NCBI GenBank assembly: GCA_051362555.1
Contig: CM120648.1
Span: 11,094,587-11,158,586 of the forward strand
Reading direction: 5' to 3'
Source of the DNA: Lingula anatina
Taxonomy: Eukaryota > Animalia > Brachiopoda
Length of the DNA: 64,000 nucleotides
Under the pieces are notes generated by a model that saw only the letters and a program-made list of their open reading frames with translations, was not told the origin of the DNA and made no database searches. Each line of letters starts with the position of its first letter. Positions within the stretch are counted from its first letter, which is position 1. This document shows, one piece after another, positions 26,767 to 38,563 of this stretch. The position numbers were made by a program, and so were the translations under genes.

Positions 26767-28594
26767 CAGGGTTGAGAAATATCATCATATCAATTATAAC
26801 GATATCAGATGTTACTATAAAGATAATTTTATGATGGCATGAAACATTTATTTTACTAAATCAGATTTATAATATAATATGTTACAGATTGTGGTTTTCA
26901 GTAGACAACAAAGCTACATGTATATTGAAATTTATATTGAAAAAAAAACTACAATACAAACTGCTCTTTCCTGATGATATTTTTAGGTGGCAGTTAATGA
27001 TTACTTATAAATTTTCATGACAACATTTGGGAAAACATCAACCATATAGATTCCAATTCGCTGAGATCATGATAGGCTTTAGACGTATGTTCATATATCA
27101 GGATAAAATGCTTGATGTTTGATTCTGAAGGGAAACTTTCATAAATTTAACAAATGATTAATACTAACGTGAAAATTGTTTAGAGAAGTAAGATGGTTTA
27201 CCAACTAATATAAAATGAAGGCACTGCGCATATGCTTACAATTCTCTTGGATCTGTAAGCTTGTCATATCTGTAAACTTCTTACACAAAAAAAGAGTCAT
27301 TAACAGTGGTCTAACAGTGGTCTTATATAACCAAAATATACAAACTATTTCTGTATCTTTGACGTACAGTAACGCACATGTTAGTTTCCAAGCAAGTATT
27401 CGTTGAGGCCCTGTCTTTTCTAGCGTAGAAGAGATACGCATGGGTATCGTTTTGAAATTGATTATACACACAACCTTGAGCGTATGAAGTCACCATTTTC
27501 CAGCGTTTGAGATAGAACAAATAAGCACCGTAGAAATAGGATATTCGAAAGAGGCCACTGGCCAGGTGGTCGGGTGCTCACTTCAGGAATGAATCAAGGG
27601 CACTAATAGTAAAACGACCAAAGGCATAGAAACAATGCCCTGGGCTTACACGTTTTTTAAAAATTAAAACATACTTCCGAAAAGGCCAATTAAAGACAGA
27701 GATTAAGTGCAGTGTCCAGCGGATGACGCTATATCGCCAATTTGGGGCGAAAAATGCCGTTTTCGGATTTGGGATCTTCTCTATAACCAAGACAGCTATT
27801 CAAGTGATTCAAAAGGCCTCATAAAGCTGGGTGAAAGCACTTCAATCGGGTACCAGGGAATTGTCTTAAACTATTTACTTTTGATTAAATCATCTTCTAC
27901 GTTAAATTACCCCATATTTCAATGGGTAATTCACTTCAAAAGACGATAACTTTCAAACAAACAATTTCCTCTAAAACCCCTGACATCAGGCTGTAGTCCA
28001 CATTCCCAACAACAATTAGTGCACCTTTTGTAACGATCGGTTGCTCAGATAGTGAGATATACTTGACAGCGATTCACTTATCTCGTCAATATAGAAAGCT
28101 GTTAAAACAGCCAAAAACGTTCACAGGTTGGTTAACAGAGCTTTTTAGTCAAATGCTAAGCTGGCAAATTTACCTGTTATCGGTTATACGATCAGATGGA
28201 ACAATTGCTAGTTGTCATCTAAAAAAACTCATCAAAAGACACATTTTGCGGTGCAAATTCAAAAAATTATTACATCCTACGTTAAATACTTTTTTGATTA
28301 ATATAAACACACAAAAAACTCGAAAACATGATTTTAAGCGTAGTTTACCCTATTAATGCACTTAAGTCATACAGTCTGCCATTTTGGATGGGATGCCAGG
28401 AATGGGATGTCCTCCTGCCATTTCACCATTCCCCATGTCTCTGTTGACATTTCATTTTTGTTTTCCTCTAACTTTCGCAAGTATGGAATCAATGGAGCCC
28501 TTGAGGAAAGCTTGGCATATTCCTCATCTTGCCGGAGTCGCTGGAACAATCTATGTCCTGGCTTATGAATAATACGTTAAAGTTTCAGCATACA

Positions 28595-29527
28595 TCACAG
28601 TTTGTTCTTCTTTAACCATGAGTTCAATGTCTTTTTGTCGTGTTCCACCTGACCTTTTACTTTTTTTGCCAAATCTGCTCTCACGTTATATCTGGTGCCC
28701 ACTGCCATAGTGTGTATAACCTTTACGTTAGCAATTTTCTTAGATCTATTTGGTTTATAGACCTCTGTTATCCAATCGTCGGCAAACCAACCCGTAAAAA
28801 CAGCAGGATAATGAAACCCAAATATATCGATATGTGTCCTGTGAACGAAATCGTACGTCATAATAGCTGTGTTTCCTCCTTGATGATTTGGTCCAACAAC
28901 GCCAACATTTGGTGGATTAAACTTGGATAGTTCAGAGATAAATGTTTCGGTCCATGACTTTGTCACCATTTTTGTGTCGTCATTAATTCGGTAAAGGTAG
29001 TCCATTGAGTCATTGTACGCCGCTATCATTGCATAATTCTGAGCATGCGCTGGAGCACCTTTGCATGGGCAGCGAACAAAATGCAGATATATAGGAATAG
29101 ACGATGAGCAAAGCTTTTTGACCATGTCCATAAATTTAGCCTTGAAACTATCTCGCGAATTTTGTTCTTTGAAGAAAGCATCCGTGTAATCGTAGCTAAT
29201 GTAGAAATGATAGGAGTAGCCTTTTGAAACTGTCTCACAGAAACTTGGCATCAGTGTTGTAAAAACTGGAAGTGTGGACAAAACCAACGACATATTAAAC
29301 CCTTTGGTACTGACAGCACAACCAATGCCGATGCATATATATTTTTTGTTCGTGTCTTTCATTCCTATAGTGAACTCTCTATCATTGAATACGGAAGGTA
29401 CAGAAATATATTTTCTCAGTCGAGTAATGTTTGTAACGTCCATGTCATACATGATGATGAAAGTGGATGCTGTGATTATTACACAAATCAACATGGTAAC
29501 TATGATGCCTTCCTTCAATGATGCCAT
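28595..29527 (-). CDS. Glycosyltransferase-like protein, copy 2 (subtype A, closest to copy 1)
   Basis: 310-aa ORF nearly identical to copy 1, same motifs. Confidence 0.87.
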   Translation of the reverse strand: MASLKEGIIVTMLICVIITASTFIIMYDMDVTNITRLRKYISVPSVFNDREFTIGMKDTNKKYICIGIGCAVSTKGFNMSLVLSTLPVFTTLMPSFCETVSKGYSYHFYISYDYTDAFFKEQNSRDSFKAKFMDMVKKLCSSSIPIYLHFVRCPCKGAPAHAQNYAMIAAYNDSMDYLYRINDDTKMVTKSWTETFISELSKFNPPNVGVVGPNHQGGNTAIMTYDFVHRTHIDIFGFHYPAVFTGWFADDWITEVYKPNRSKKIANVKVIHTMAVGTRYNVRADLAKKVKGQVEHDKKTLNSWLKKNKL

Positions 29528-30539
29528 TTTTCATTAAACTCTGGTATCTTATTCTGAACCCTAAGTCTATTTTCTTTTAGTAGAGCAATGTTTTTAATGT
29601 CCATGCCATAAATAATGATTGACAGTCGGTGTTGTGGTTATAATACAAATCACCACAGAAACCTTTGTAGACATCATTTTAAAATATAAAACGTCGATAA
29701 TCGATATATTAACTTTTTGAGTGAGGGTTATATATTTAAACAACAGATAAAGAATCTATTAAACAGTATTGCAGTCTTTATGGCATCATCTCCCAAAGTG
29801 CACTCATGACTTGCTGCGTTGAACAGTATGACGTCATGATGTTGATATGACGTCACCGTGAAAAATATGTACCCGTCATGCTAACGTTCTCCAAACTGTC
29901 AAATAGCGCGTGAGCTTTGAAGTAGCTGCGCTGGTCCATTCATTAGTTTTCTGCTGCCTTGGCTCTAAGTCGGGAAGCTGTTTCCTCTTATAAACTGGTT
30001 CTATTCCAATTGGATGATCTTCACTGCAAAATAAGATTTGGCACTTAAATAATGGATAGCGATTGAGGCATCGAAAATGAATCTATTGGAATCAGATAGT
30101 GGAATGGTGAGCTTATAGGGGCTACTAATTTTAGTACATCGTAAAAAGGAACATATCAGAGTAGGTTAAATCTCAAAAATGTAATATTTTAATTAACAGG
30201 TTGGTGCTGGACACAGACTCTTGATGGGAACAGGGGGTCCACGTGCAACCACGTAACAAACATTGGGGAATATAATTTCTTAATCCTTGCTTCCTAGGAT
30301 TTCCTAGAGCAAAAAAAAAAAGAAAAAAATGGAAGCAGAGGAGGGAGGGGTTCATTGTAATTCTATTTAACACCCTGTGGCTTAAATATGCGCATTTAAA
30401 ATGGGGGTATCGGGAGAAAATTATTCGTAAATTGGAATTACAATAAAATGTAACAATGAATTTTACACCACTGTGTAGCTGAAGAGTCGCATAAACAATA
30501 AAAGGCATGTAACATGGAAATATTGCTAAATAAAGACGG

Positions 30540-33200
30540 ACTAAAGGTAAAATTTAGGGGATTTTCTGGCAAATGAGCCATTGAAGTTTGTTTATTCAGA
30601 TAATTTGTGTCCTAGAAAATGTTTCTTTGGGCATATTTCGTAAATTCTGTGTATATTTCAAGGATTTAATGGGTTTGGGGAAATGAGTTTTACAGAAGGT
30701 GATATCTTCATTATTATTATTTTTTTGGGGGGGGGGGATTTGAACTGAATTCCTCTGGATTACTTCTATCAGTTATAAGTCTAGCCTGCCCAAACCTCAT
30801 TAAACCCATTATAGAATAAACCCTAAAGTAACATATTCCAGGAAAATCTGTTAAAAAGGACTTCGTTTTTCCCTGAAAATGCACAGATATGAGCTAATTT
30901 GACCTTTGACTACATTTTTAGACAGACATCATTCCATCTTACATAAAAACATTTTTACTTAGATTTTAAGAACAACCTTTTCGCTACACCATGATAAATA
31001 AATAAATAATAGTTATATCTTACTTAGATTCGCTACTATAAACGATTTCCTCTGCATTTGTATTTGAATCAGTCATACAGGTCACCCACTGTAAATAAAT
31101 TCTTTAAAAATATAATATTGAAATAAAATTATAAATAATATATAACCAAACATACCCGATATGTAGGTTCTTATTATCTGAATAAAGAAATTGTATTGCT
31201 TTATTTCACTGAAAACGCCTCAAATTTGATCCCATTGACCTTTTCTTAGACATCATTCAGTGTTACGTTAATCTTAATAGTTGTATGTTTACAGAAACCC
31301 ATCAGCCACACAACGACATATACAGGGTTACCACTTAATATGGAATATTATTTTTTGGCGAGTAAATTTTCTACAAAATATATAATTTCTCTCTAACTAC
31401 TTTAAATCCAAAGCTGAGGTGTCACTCCATGTGTAGCCAGGTGTGTTACCTAATTACCACACAACTCTCGAAACAATTGATGCATGCAGTTGCATGTTCT
31501 GTGGTCAGAAATGTGAGGGGTGGTCTTTTCGGCAATTTCTGCCCTTGTATAAAAACGCATGGGTTTGGTCAATCTTTGGAGTGTGTTTAGAGAAGCAATA
31601 AAGGGATCGCCCTGAAACTTGACAGGTACCTTAGTGAAGATATGGTTCGACAGCTAAGCAACGCAGCTTACTATGGGATTCTTGCTCTCAGAGAAAATGG
31701 CCAGAAACGGACAGCCATTGCCAGGTAATTCAACATTTATCAGGAACCGTTTGTGAAGTCCTCCAAAGAAATGCTGCAACAGGGGCACCTACTCCAATAC
31801 CTCGACCAGGGTGTCCGCGTATCACACCAAGAAGACAGGATCGCCTTCTCCTTAGAGGTCGCCGTGCTGGTCGTACAAAGACAACCAGTGTCCTCAGAAA
31901 AGAGAGTCAGAATGTCATTAAAACGCCCATTTCAAGGTCCCACGTGAACAAGAGATTTCTGCAAGCCAGTTATTTTGCACGAAGGCCAGTAGGGAAACCA
32001 CTGTTAACAGCAGGTCATATACAGCGACGTCTGCAATGGGCTGGGGACCACGTGCGTTTGCAGCCAAAACACTTGAATCACGTTGTTTTCAGTGATGAGG
32101 CCAAATATGGATTTTTTAGGGTTGATCGTCGAATCCGTGTCCACCGACGTGTACGAGGGGCATAAAACAATGATTGTGTACTGCCTAGGGTGCAAGCAGG
32201 GGATGGTAACGTCTCTGTTTGAAGAGCATTTCATGTCGGTGCCCAGAACCAGTTGGTTTTTCTAGGAGGCAACCTCATCCAGGATTCCTACAGAGACATT
32301 CTACAGCAAACAATGCTTCGATTGGTAAGAGTCATCTTCAGGAACAACTTTGTGTACCAAGACGACTGCGCAACCCCACATCGAGGCCGCAGAATCACTG
32401 TTTTTCTTCAAAACCAATGGGTTCAGCAACTACCCTGGCCTGCAAACTCTCCAGATATGAACCCAATTGAAAATCTGTGGGCGGAAGTAACTCACAGAAT
32501 TAATAGCTATGGTCCTCGGCCGGTAAATAGTGATGAACTGCGACAGGCAAATATCACTGCGTGGAATGATATCCCCACCCAAACTCTAAAAAACGTGTCA
32601 CGGGGTATGCCATGTAGGATGAGGGCGCTGCAAGCGGCTGCTGGAGGTCATACCCGCAATTACTGACTTTTCATGATTTACTGTAGTGAGTTCTTTGACT
32701 GTGTAACATATCACTGTCCGGAGGCTATCATTTTCTTTAATATCTTATCTTAAAGTTTATACTGACATCAAGCTGTTGATATGGTTTTCTGGGGGTGTTC
32801 CTTTCTTTTGAATGGCATCTTATGTCAGATTTGATATTATTGACCAAAATATATCACAACAGAAGACTGTATGTTATTATCACTCAGTGACATACTTTTT
32901 TAATGAGTCAAGCAAAATAAAAATTTAATCAGCACTCAAAAATAACAATGATAAAAATATTCCATATTAAGTAGTAACCCTGTAGGACATGGTTATATCT
33001 TACTTAAGTTCCATTTGATGAATGACGTCTTTTCCCTCTTCCCATTTTCTCCTCATTGCACTGAGCCCCTCTAAGAAACTAGTTATCAACCATGTCTACC
33101 GTAAAATTTACTCCCCAACCCCATTAAATCCTTGTTATATATAGAGAGTTTATCAAACATGCCCTTACGAAACACGTTCTAAGCTCAAATCATTTGAAAC

Positions 33201-33231
<31 letters not shown>

Positions 33232-33275
33232 TTGTGAAAATGCCTCAAATTGACCTCATTTAACGTTTGACCCCT
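30540..33275. repeat. Degenerate foldback element enclosing the Tc1
   Basis: About 30593-30690 (…caaggatttaatgggtttgggg…) is an inverted copy of about 33103-33200 (…ccccaaccccattaaatccttg…). Related sequence at about 31140-31240 and 39710-39870. Ends are imprecise. Confidence 0.5.
31323..32982 (+). mobile_element. Tc1 (DD34E) element, full length but inactivated
   Basis: 27-bp TIRs CAGGGTTAC(C/T)ACTTAATATGGAATATT with TA at 31321-22 and 32983-84. Transposase from ATG 31642 to stop 32666 with stops and frameshifts: VVFSDE, YQDDCATPH, WPANSPDMNPIENLW (34 residues between D and E), GGHTRNY. Confidence 0.93.
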
Positions 33276-35376
33276 TTTACTTCGCGATAGGGCACTAATT
33301 TTGTCTGCCATTTTGAAAACCACAATTTTACCAACCTAAATGATTGTTTTGAAAACAAAATGTCAGCTGTAAGTTGTGTATGAAACTATGCCTCAGAAAA
33401 ATATCTCTTAAACAAAACTCTGCGATTCACCCAATCCTATTCAATACACCGTGTAAAAATATATAGAACAAGTAATTACACACGCTTTTTTTTGCCATTC
33501 CATATAAATATGGTGGATTTTACGACCTTAATATATATTTGTAGTTCAGGTGTTTCGACCCAAATTTTGACCCAAATTTCCTATAAAAAAAGTCACCTGT
33601 TCCTCTACAACTTCCCTACCCCCCCCCCCACCATCGCCCTTGTACCACTGGGGCAGATACAACACTAGACGTCTATTCCACTACACATGCAGGAAGTGCA
33701 ATATGATCTGCTGTTTACTAATTGTATGGTAAAAGCACGGTAAAAATTAGATAAGGTACAGAAAAAACAAACACTGTAACTCGAGGCGTAGTTAGGTGTC
33801 ATCTTTCGTTATACATTTACGCGGCCTCAGATTTTAGAAATGACAGTAAGTGACATCGTGTTATTAAGGTGAGGCTGTCCTCAAGTATGGCTATAAACCA
33901 CGTTTTTACAGATAAAGTCAACAGTAATTCTTTAAAGAAAAATCCCCAAACCCCTTTTCCGTACTATAATACCATTTAAGGCGTGTTTATACCTGTCAAG
34001 GTGCCTGATGAAAAGATCTGGCTTTATTCATGGCTATTTAACTACCGACGAAAAATTTTTATTTGAGAAAAAAATAGAGTCAGCTACCGCCAGCAACAGC
34101 ACCCCCCCCCCCCCCTCCACCTGTACCTGTATACTAATTGGCTATGTACATACTCGATGAAGGTCTATCGATCCCCAAAGTTTCAACATTAATGGTCGAA
34201 GAGAATATAGCGGACATTTCATTATGAAAAATAGAATCATCCACCCTTGGGGACAGCCCCGCCCCCAGTAAAACTATGATTCAGAAGAGTCTACATGTAT
34301 CTAAGATGATAGATTATCATTCTCCGAGGTTTCAAGTCCCTCCCGTAAATGGCTCTCAGAGAAGATGAAGGAAATTAGGTCAATGTGAAAAACAGAATTA
34401 TCTATACCCGGGGACAACCCCACCCCCAGTATTACTAAAATTATGCAGGACCCGCGCCTATCCCTTGTGACATGCCTCTTAACCTTCAAAGTTTCACGTA
34501 CCTGTCTCTTATGGTTAAACGGGTGACGGACGGACGTACTGACACACTTACGGGCGGGATAACAACGCGCTCCCCAGGTCACGTTTTAAAATAGCACAAG
34601 TGCGGGAATAAAAACGTCTTCTGGTATCAAGGGTATTAGTGGTCGAAAATACACGAAATATAGGTCGAGACGTGATTCTGGCCATGGTAAGGGTGTGTCT
34701 TATCTAAAACCAAATTGGAGAGCTTAAGCGAGTAATTTAGACAGAAATGGTGACCTAGTACGCCATCTTTGTAAGGTGAACACTATGGCGACAACGCCCT
34801 CCTTTGCTCACCTGTCTTAACGGCTCTGCAAGTTTTCATGTCATGCTCGTCGCCAGAATCAGAAGATTTTTACCTTCCCTGGATCTTGTTCGTCAACCTC
34901 ACGGATATAAACTACCCCTCTACCACGTATGACGAAATATTATAAAAGTGAGTGCAGCTAGAGACAGATATCGATATACTAAAAAATCGTTTATGTAAAC
35001 CCACGTAAGCTGCAACCTACAATGTGCACTGTAAGCCACTCAAGAAAAACTGTATGGATCCGGATTTTTTTTTTCGCCTATTGTTAAACTGATGGGTCTA
35101 TTTTTAAAGAAGTGTGGATATTTTCACCTCCTGTATTCTTTGTGCCATTAATCATGTTATATGTTTGAAAGAAAAAGCACTGTTTATGACAATACACACC
35201 TGTGAGGTGCATGGTCTTTTGTAAAAAAAAAACGAAAAGCAAATTGAATTTGAGGTCAAACAAATGTTTTAACCAATGGTGTATTGTGTATAAGTCATAC
35301 AACACATCAATTGAGCCATTTAAAGCTTAGGTGATTATACCCGTACAGTGTATTTAAAGCATATAGGTTATACCTG

Positions 35377-35547
35377 TGTGACGATCCGATATGTCCGACA
35401 GGCCAGATATGTCGAACGCAACTGGCTCTTTTTTTGTCGGACATATCTGGCCTGTCAGACACATCTGGCTCTTTTTTGTCGGACATATCTGTCCTGTTCT
35501 CTGGTCGTAGGACATATCTGGCCTGTCGGACATATCGGGTCGTCACA
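35377..35547. mobile_element. Tiny TGT...ACA foldback element with 6-bp TSD
   Basis: 37-bp near-perfect TIR TGTGACGA(T/C)CCGATATGTCCGACAGGCCAGATATGTC. TACCTG duplicated at 35371-76 and 35548-53. A single TACCTG sits at the paralogous empty sites near 25627 and 45561. Confidence 0.85.
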
Positions 35548-35858
35548 TACCTGTGATATCAGTGCACTCGGGGCCCACATATAAAAATTGCTTGATGCCT
35601 GTAGGATTGTTGTGAAAAAAGCATTGAACTCAGTGTGTAAACATGGCGTTCTATTTACCTGGTGGGGTAACCCGTCGGTCAGGTCATATGGGGTGGTGTG
35701 CGTTTGTTGTATTGAGACAATAATAACTTCAATGGGAAAAGTTGGCTATAGATGATGATGCCTGAGCTAGGGCGTTTCTTAACGCAATTTTATGTGGGAC
35801 TGCCTTTAGTGATGTAGGTAGCACGTTTTTTCTACTGAAATGTTTAGAGCGCATCCTC

Positions 35859-36007
35859 TTTGTTCTGCTTTAACCATAACTTCAATGAGGCTATGCCATT
35901 GTCGATCTGGCCCTTATTTTTTGTGTCAAAACTGCTCTCACATTATACGTGGTGTCCGCTGCCATTGTATGTATAACCCTTATGTTAGCAATTTTTTTAG
36001 ATCTATT
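35859..36007 (-). pseudogene. Truncated sixth glycosyltransferase copy (C-terminal fragment only)
   Basis: Minus strand reads NRSKKIANIRVIHTMAADTTYNVRAVL, matching NRSKKIANVRVIHTMAVGTRYNVRADL, then drifts out of frame. tttgttctgctttaaccataacttcaatg matches the 3' end of copy 2. Homology stops abruptly at about 36007. Confidence 0.8.
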
Positions 36008-37113
36008 AGCTCATTAACCCTATTCATACCGGGTGGGATTGTTAACGTCCCCAGGCGCATATCTGTTAGCATAATTTTTATTATAAGTTCTTTTACATGG
36101 AATTTTATGATTTTGTCACATTTGTATCATCTTTCAGGAGATAAGTTCACAGCTTAGTATTGTTTATGGTTATTCTACTATATAGAACCAAAATGTGTTG
36201 GGGTCATAAACGACCCCACCAGATATTCGGTATTTGGTCACCTTGCACATGGTATTTGATTACGTTTCTTCCACTCGAATGATTTATTAGCTGGATCAAA
36301 ATATAACAAGGAATGAGATAAATGAGGAAAATGAAGGTCCGAATTATCTAAGACTGGCAGAGTTCCACAGATGAGAGTGATTTGGGTGCATCAGACTAAT
36401 TATGAAGAAGAGGGCTGTAAATTTGAAATGTTTTGCTGATTTAGATCTCAACAATAAAGTTGTTTGCAACCTTTGAGGTCTCTGAAAGTTTTGTGAGACT
36501 GCCCCCAAATCCATTACAACATCGATAGCCGTATCATTTTCCATCATACAGGTAAGTCACAGTCACAGTTTTGAACTCAGTAGGCCTACTTATTTCAGGT
36601 GTTATATTGGAGTTTGATCTTCATAAATAAAGTCATTACCCTATTCTAAACAACCACGATTTTTCCACAATTACCGCTAATTCAAATTGAGGAGAATTAA
36701 TTTCCATACATTCAAACTAACTTTCATAGTAGCATTAGTATTTTATTCAATTCAGAGAATATAAGCAATTTATAACACTTAATATGCAAGCAGAGCAAAA
36801 TGTTTTCCAACATAAATTTCACATACATGTATTACTTTAAGTAACCTGGAAACTGTCTGGGTGGGTATGATGATTTAAAAACTAACATTGAATAAATGTA
36901 TATTACATATGCTTACAGTTCTCCTACAGGTAGATCTATAACTTTGGTAAACATCTGTAAACTTCTCATACAAAAAAGAGCCACCATCAATGGTGTAAGG
37001 AATCCCAGAGTATTACTTATATAAAATACATGTAAAAACTTTCCCTGTACCATTAACATTAAGTTTCCAGCCACTCTGCCTAATCAGTATCACAGACTTT
37101 TATCACATCTTAA

Positions 37114-37324
37114 GGCTGTATTCCCAGAGCTTTTAGATCGATCTATCCCCGTGGGGAGTCTCACTAGATTACTGTCAGATAATCCGGCTTAAATGTCCGT
37201 CCCGCCTACTACAAGCTGTAAGGGGGTAACTTTCGTGTCCGCTCGGCTGACAGCTATTTAGCGTGAACCCCCAGGGAGTTAGGTCGATCTAAAGTAGATC
37301 GATCTAATCTCTGAAAATGGGGTC
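37114..37324. mobile_element. Harbinger/Tourist-like MITE family 1, copy b
   Basis: Same internal sequence and orientation as 26243-26467, TWA flanks. Confidence 0.75.
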
Positions 37325-37612
37325 TTAAGAAAATCCTCACTGCAATTCGTGAGATATCTATTTGCAGAGCGTGAACTGACAAACAGACACCACAATAAAC
37401 TCCAACTGGTCAATAAGTGTACATTATCTTCGTCTACAGTGCGAGTTCTAGTATAGGATTGGACTCCAGGGACTCACATTCTCCTGCAAGTCACCAAACA
37501 GAAAACGTGGGCCCTTTACAACTCTTACAAAAATGTCCTAAAGGACGTCGTACCGAGTATAGGTCTCTATGGGACTCTATACACAGGACACTATAGGAAT
37601 TCTACTGAGTCT

Positions 37613-38563
37613 CTATGGATTTTTACCTTGCTTCTTTAACCATGAGTTCAATGTCTCTTTGTCGTGTTCCACCTGACTTTTTAATTTTGTTTTCAAATCT
37701 ACTCTCACATTATATCGGGTGCCCACTGCCATTGTGTGTATAACCTTTATGTTATCAATTTTTTTAGTTCTACCGGGTTTATAAACCTCTGTTATCCAAT
37801 CATCGGCAAACCAGCCGGGAAAAGCAGCAGGGTAATGAAACCCAAATATATCGATATGTGTCCTGTGAACGAAATCGTACGTCAAAATATCTGTGTTTCC
37901 TCCTTGGTGATTTGGTCCGACAACGCCAACATTTGGTGGATTAAACTTGGAGAGTTCAGCGATGAATGTTTCGGTCCATGACTTTGACACCATTTTTGTG
38001 TCGTCATTAATTCTGTAAAGGTAGTCCATCGAGTCATTGTACGCCGCTATCATTGCATAATTCTGAGCATGGGCTGGAGCACCTTCGAATGGACAACGAA
38101 CAAAATGCACGCACATAAGTACAGATGATGTACAATGCTTTTTGGCCATGTCGAAAATTTTACCTTTAAAACTATCTCGCGAATTTTGATCTTTGAAGAA
38201 AACATCCGTGTAATCGTAGCTAATGTAGATATTATAGGAGTAACCCGGAGAAGCTGTCTCACAGAAACTTGGCATCAGCGTTGTAAAAATTGGATGTGTG
38301 GACAAAACTGACGATGGATTAAATCCTTTGGTGCTGATAGCACAGCCTATACCGATTGATGTTTGGTTTGTTTTCGTGTTATTCCCTCCTGTAGTGGAAC
38401 TTCTTGCACTACATCTGGATTCGTCAGGCACAGATATATATTTTTTCAGTCGAGCAATGTTCGTAGCTATAGCGTCCATGTCATACCAAATGATGAAAGT
38501 CGATGCTGTGAGCATTGTACAGATCACCATGGTAACCACAATGCCTTCCTTCAAAGACACCAT
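37613..38563 (-). CDS. Glycosyltransferase-like protein, copy 3 (subtype A, more diverged)
   Basis: 316-aa ORF with the same motifs. The last residues QGKNP* differ from NKL* of copies 1 and 2. Confidence 0.87.
   Translation of the reverse strand: MVSLKEGIVVTMVICTMLTASTFIIWYDMDAIATNIARLKKYISVPDESRCSARSSTTGGNNTKTNQTSIGIGCAISTKGFNPSSVLSTHPIFTTLMPSFCETASPGYSYNIYISYDYTDVFFKDQNSRDSFKGKIFDMAKKHCTSSVLMCVHFVRCPFEGAPAHAQNYAMIAAYNDSMDYLYRINDDTKMVSKSWTETFIAELSKFNPPNVGVVGPNHQGGNTDILTYDFVHRTHIDIFGFHYPAAFPGWFADDWITEVYKPGRTKKIDNIKVIHTMAVGTRYNVRVDLKTKLKSQVEHDKETLNSWLKKQGKNP

Noticed and set aside
35377-35547. Short repeated motifs resembling a CRISPR-like array
   Set aside because: The repeats are inverted and tandem within a TSD-flanked MITE, with no unique spacers and no cas genes, in a eukaryotic context.
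36014-36040. TTAA-CCCT as a piggyBac left end truncating the sixth GT copy
   Set aside because: No matching right TIR with TTAA was found.
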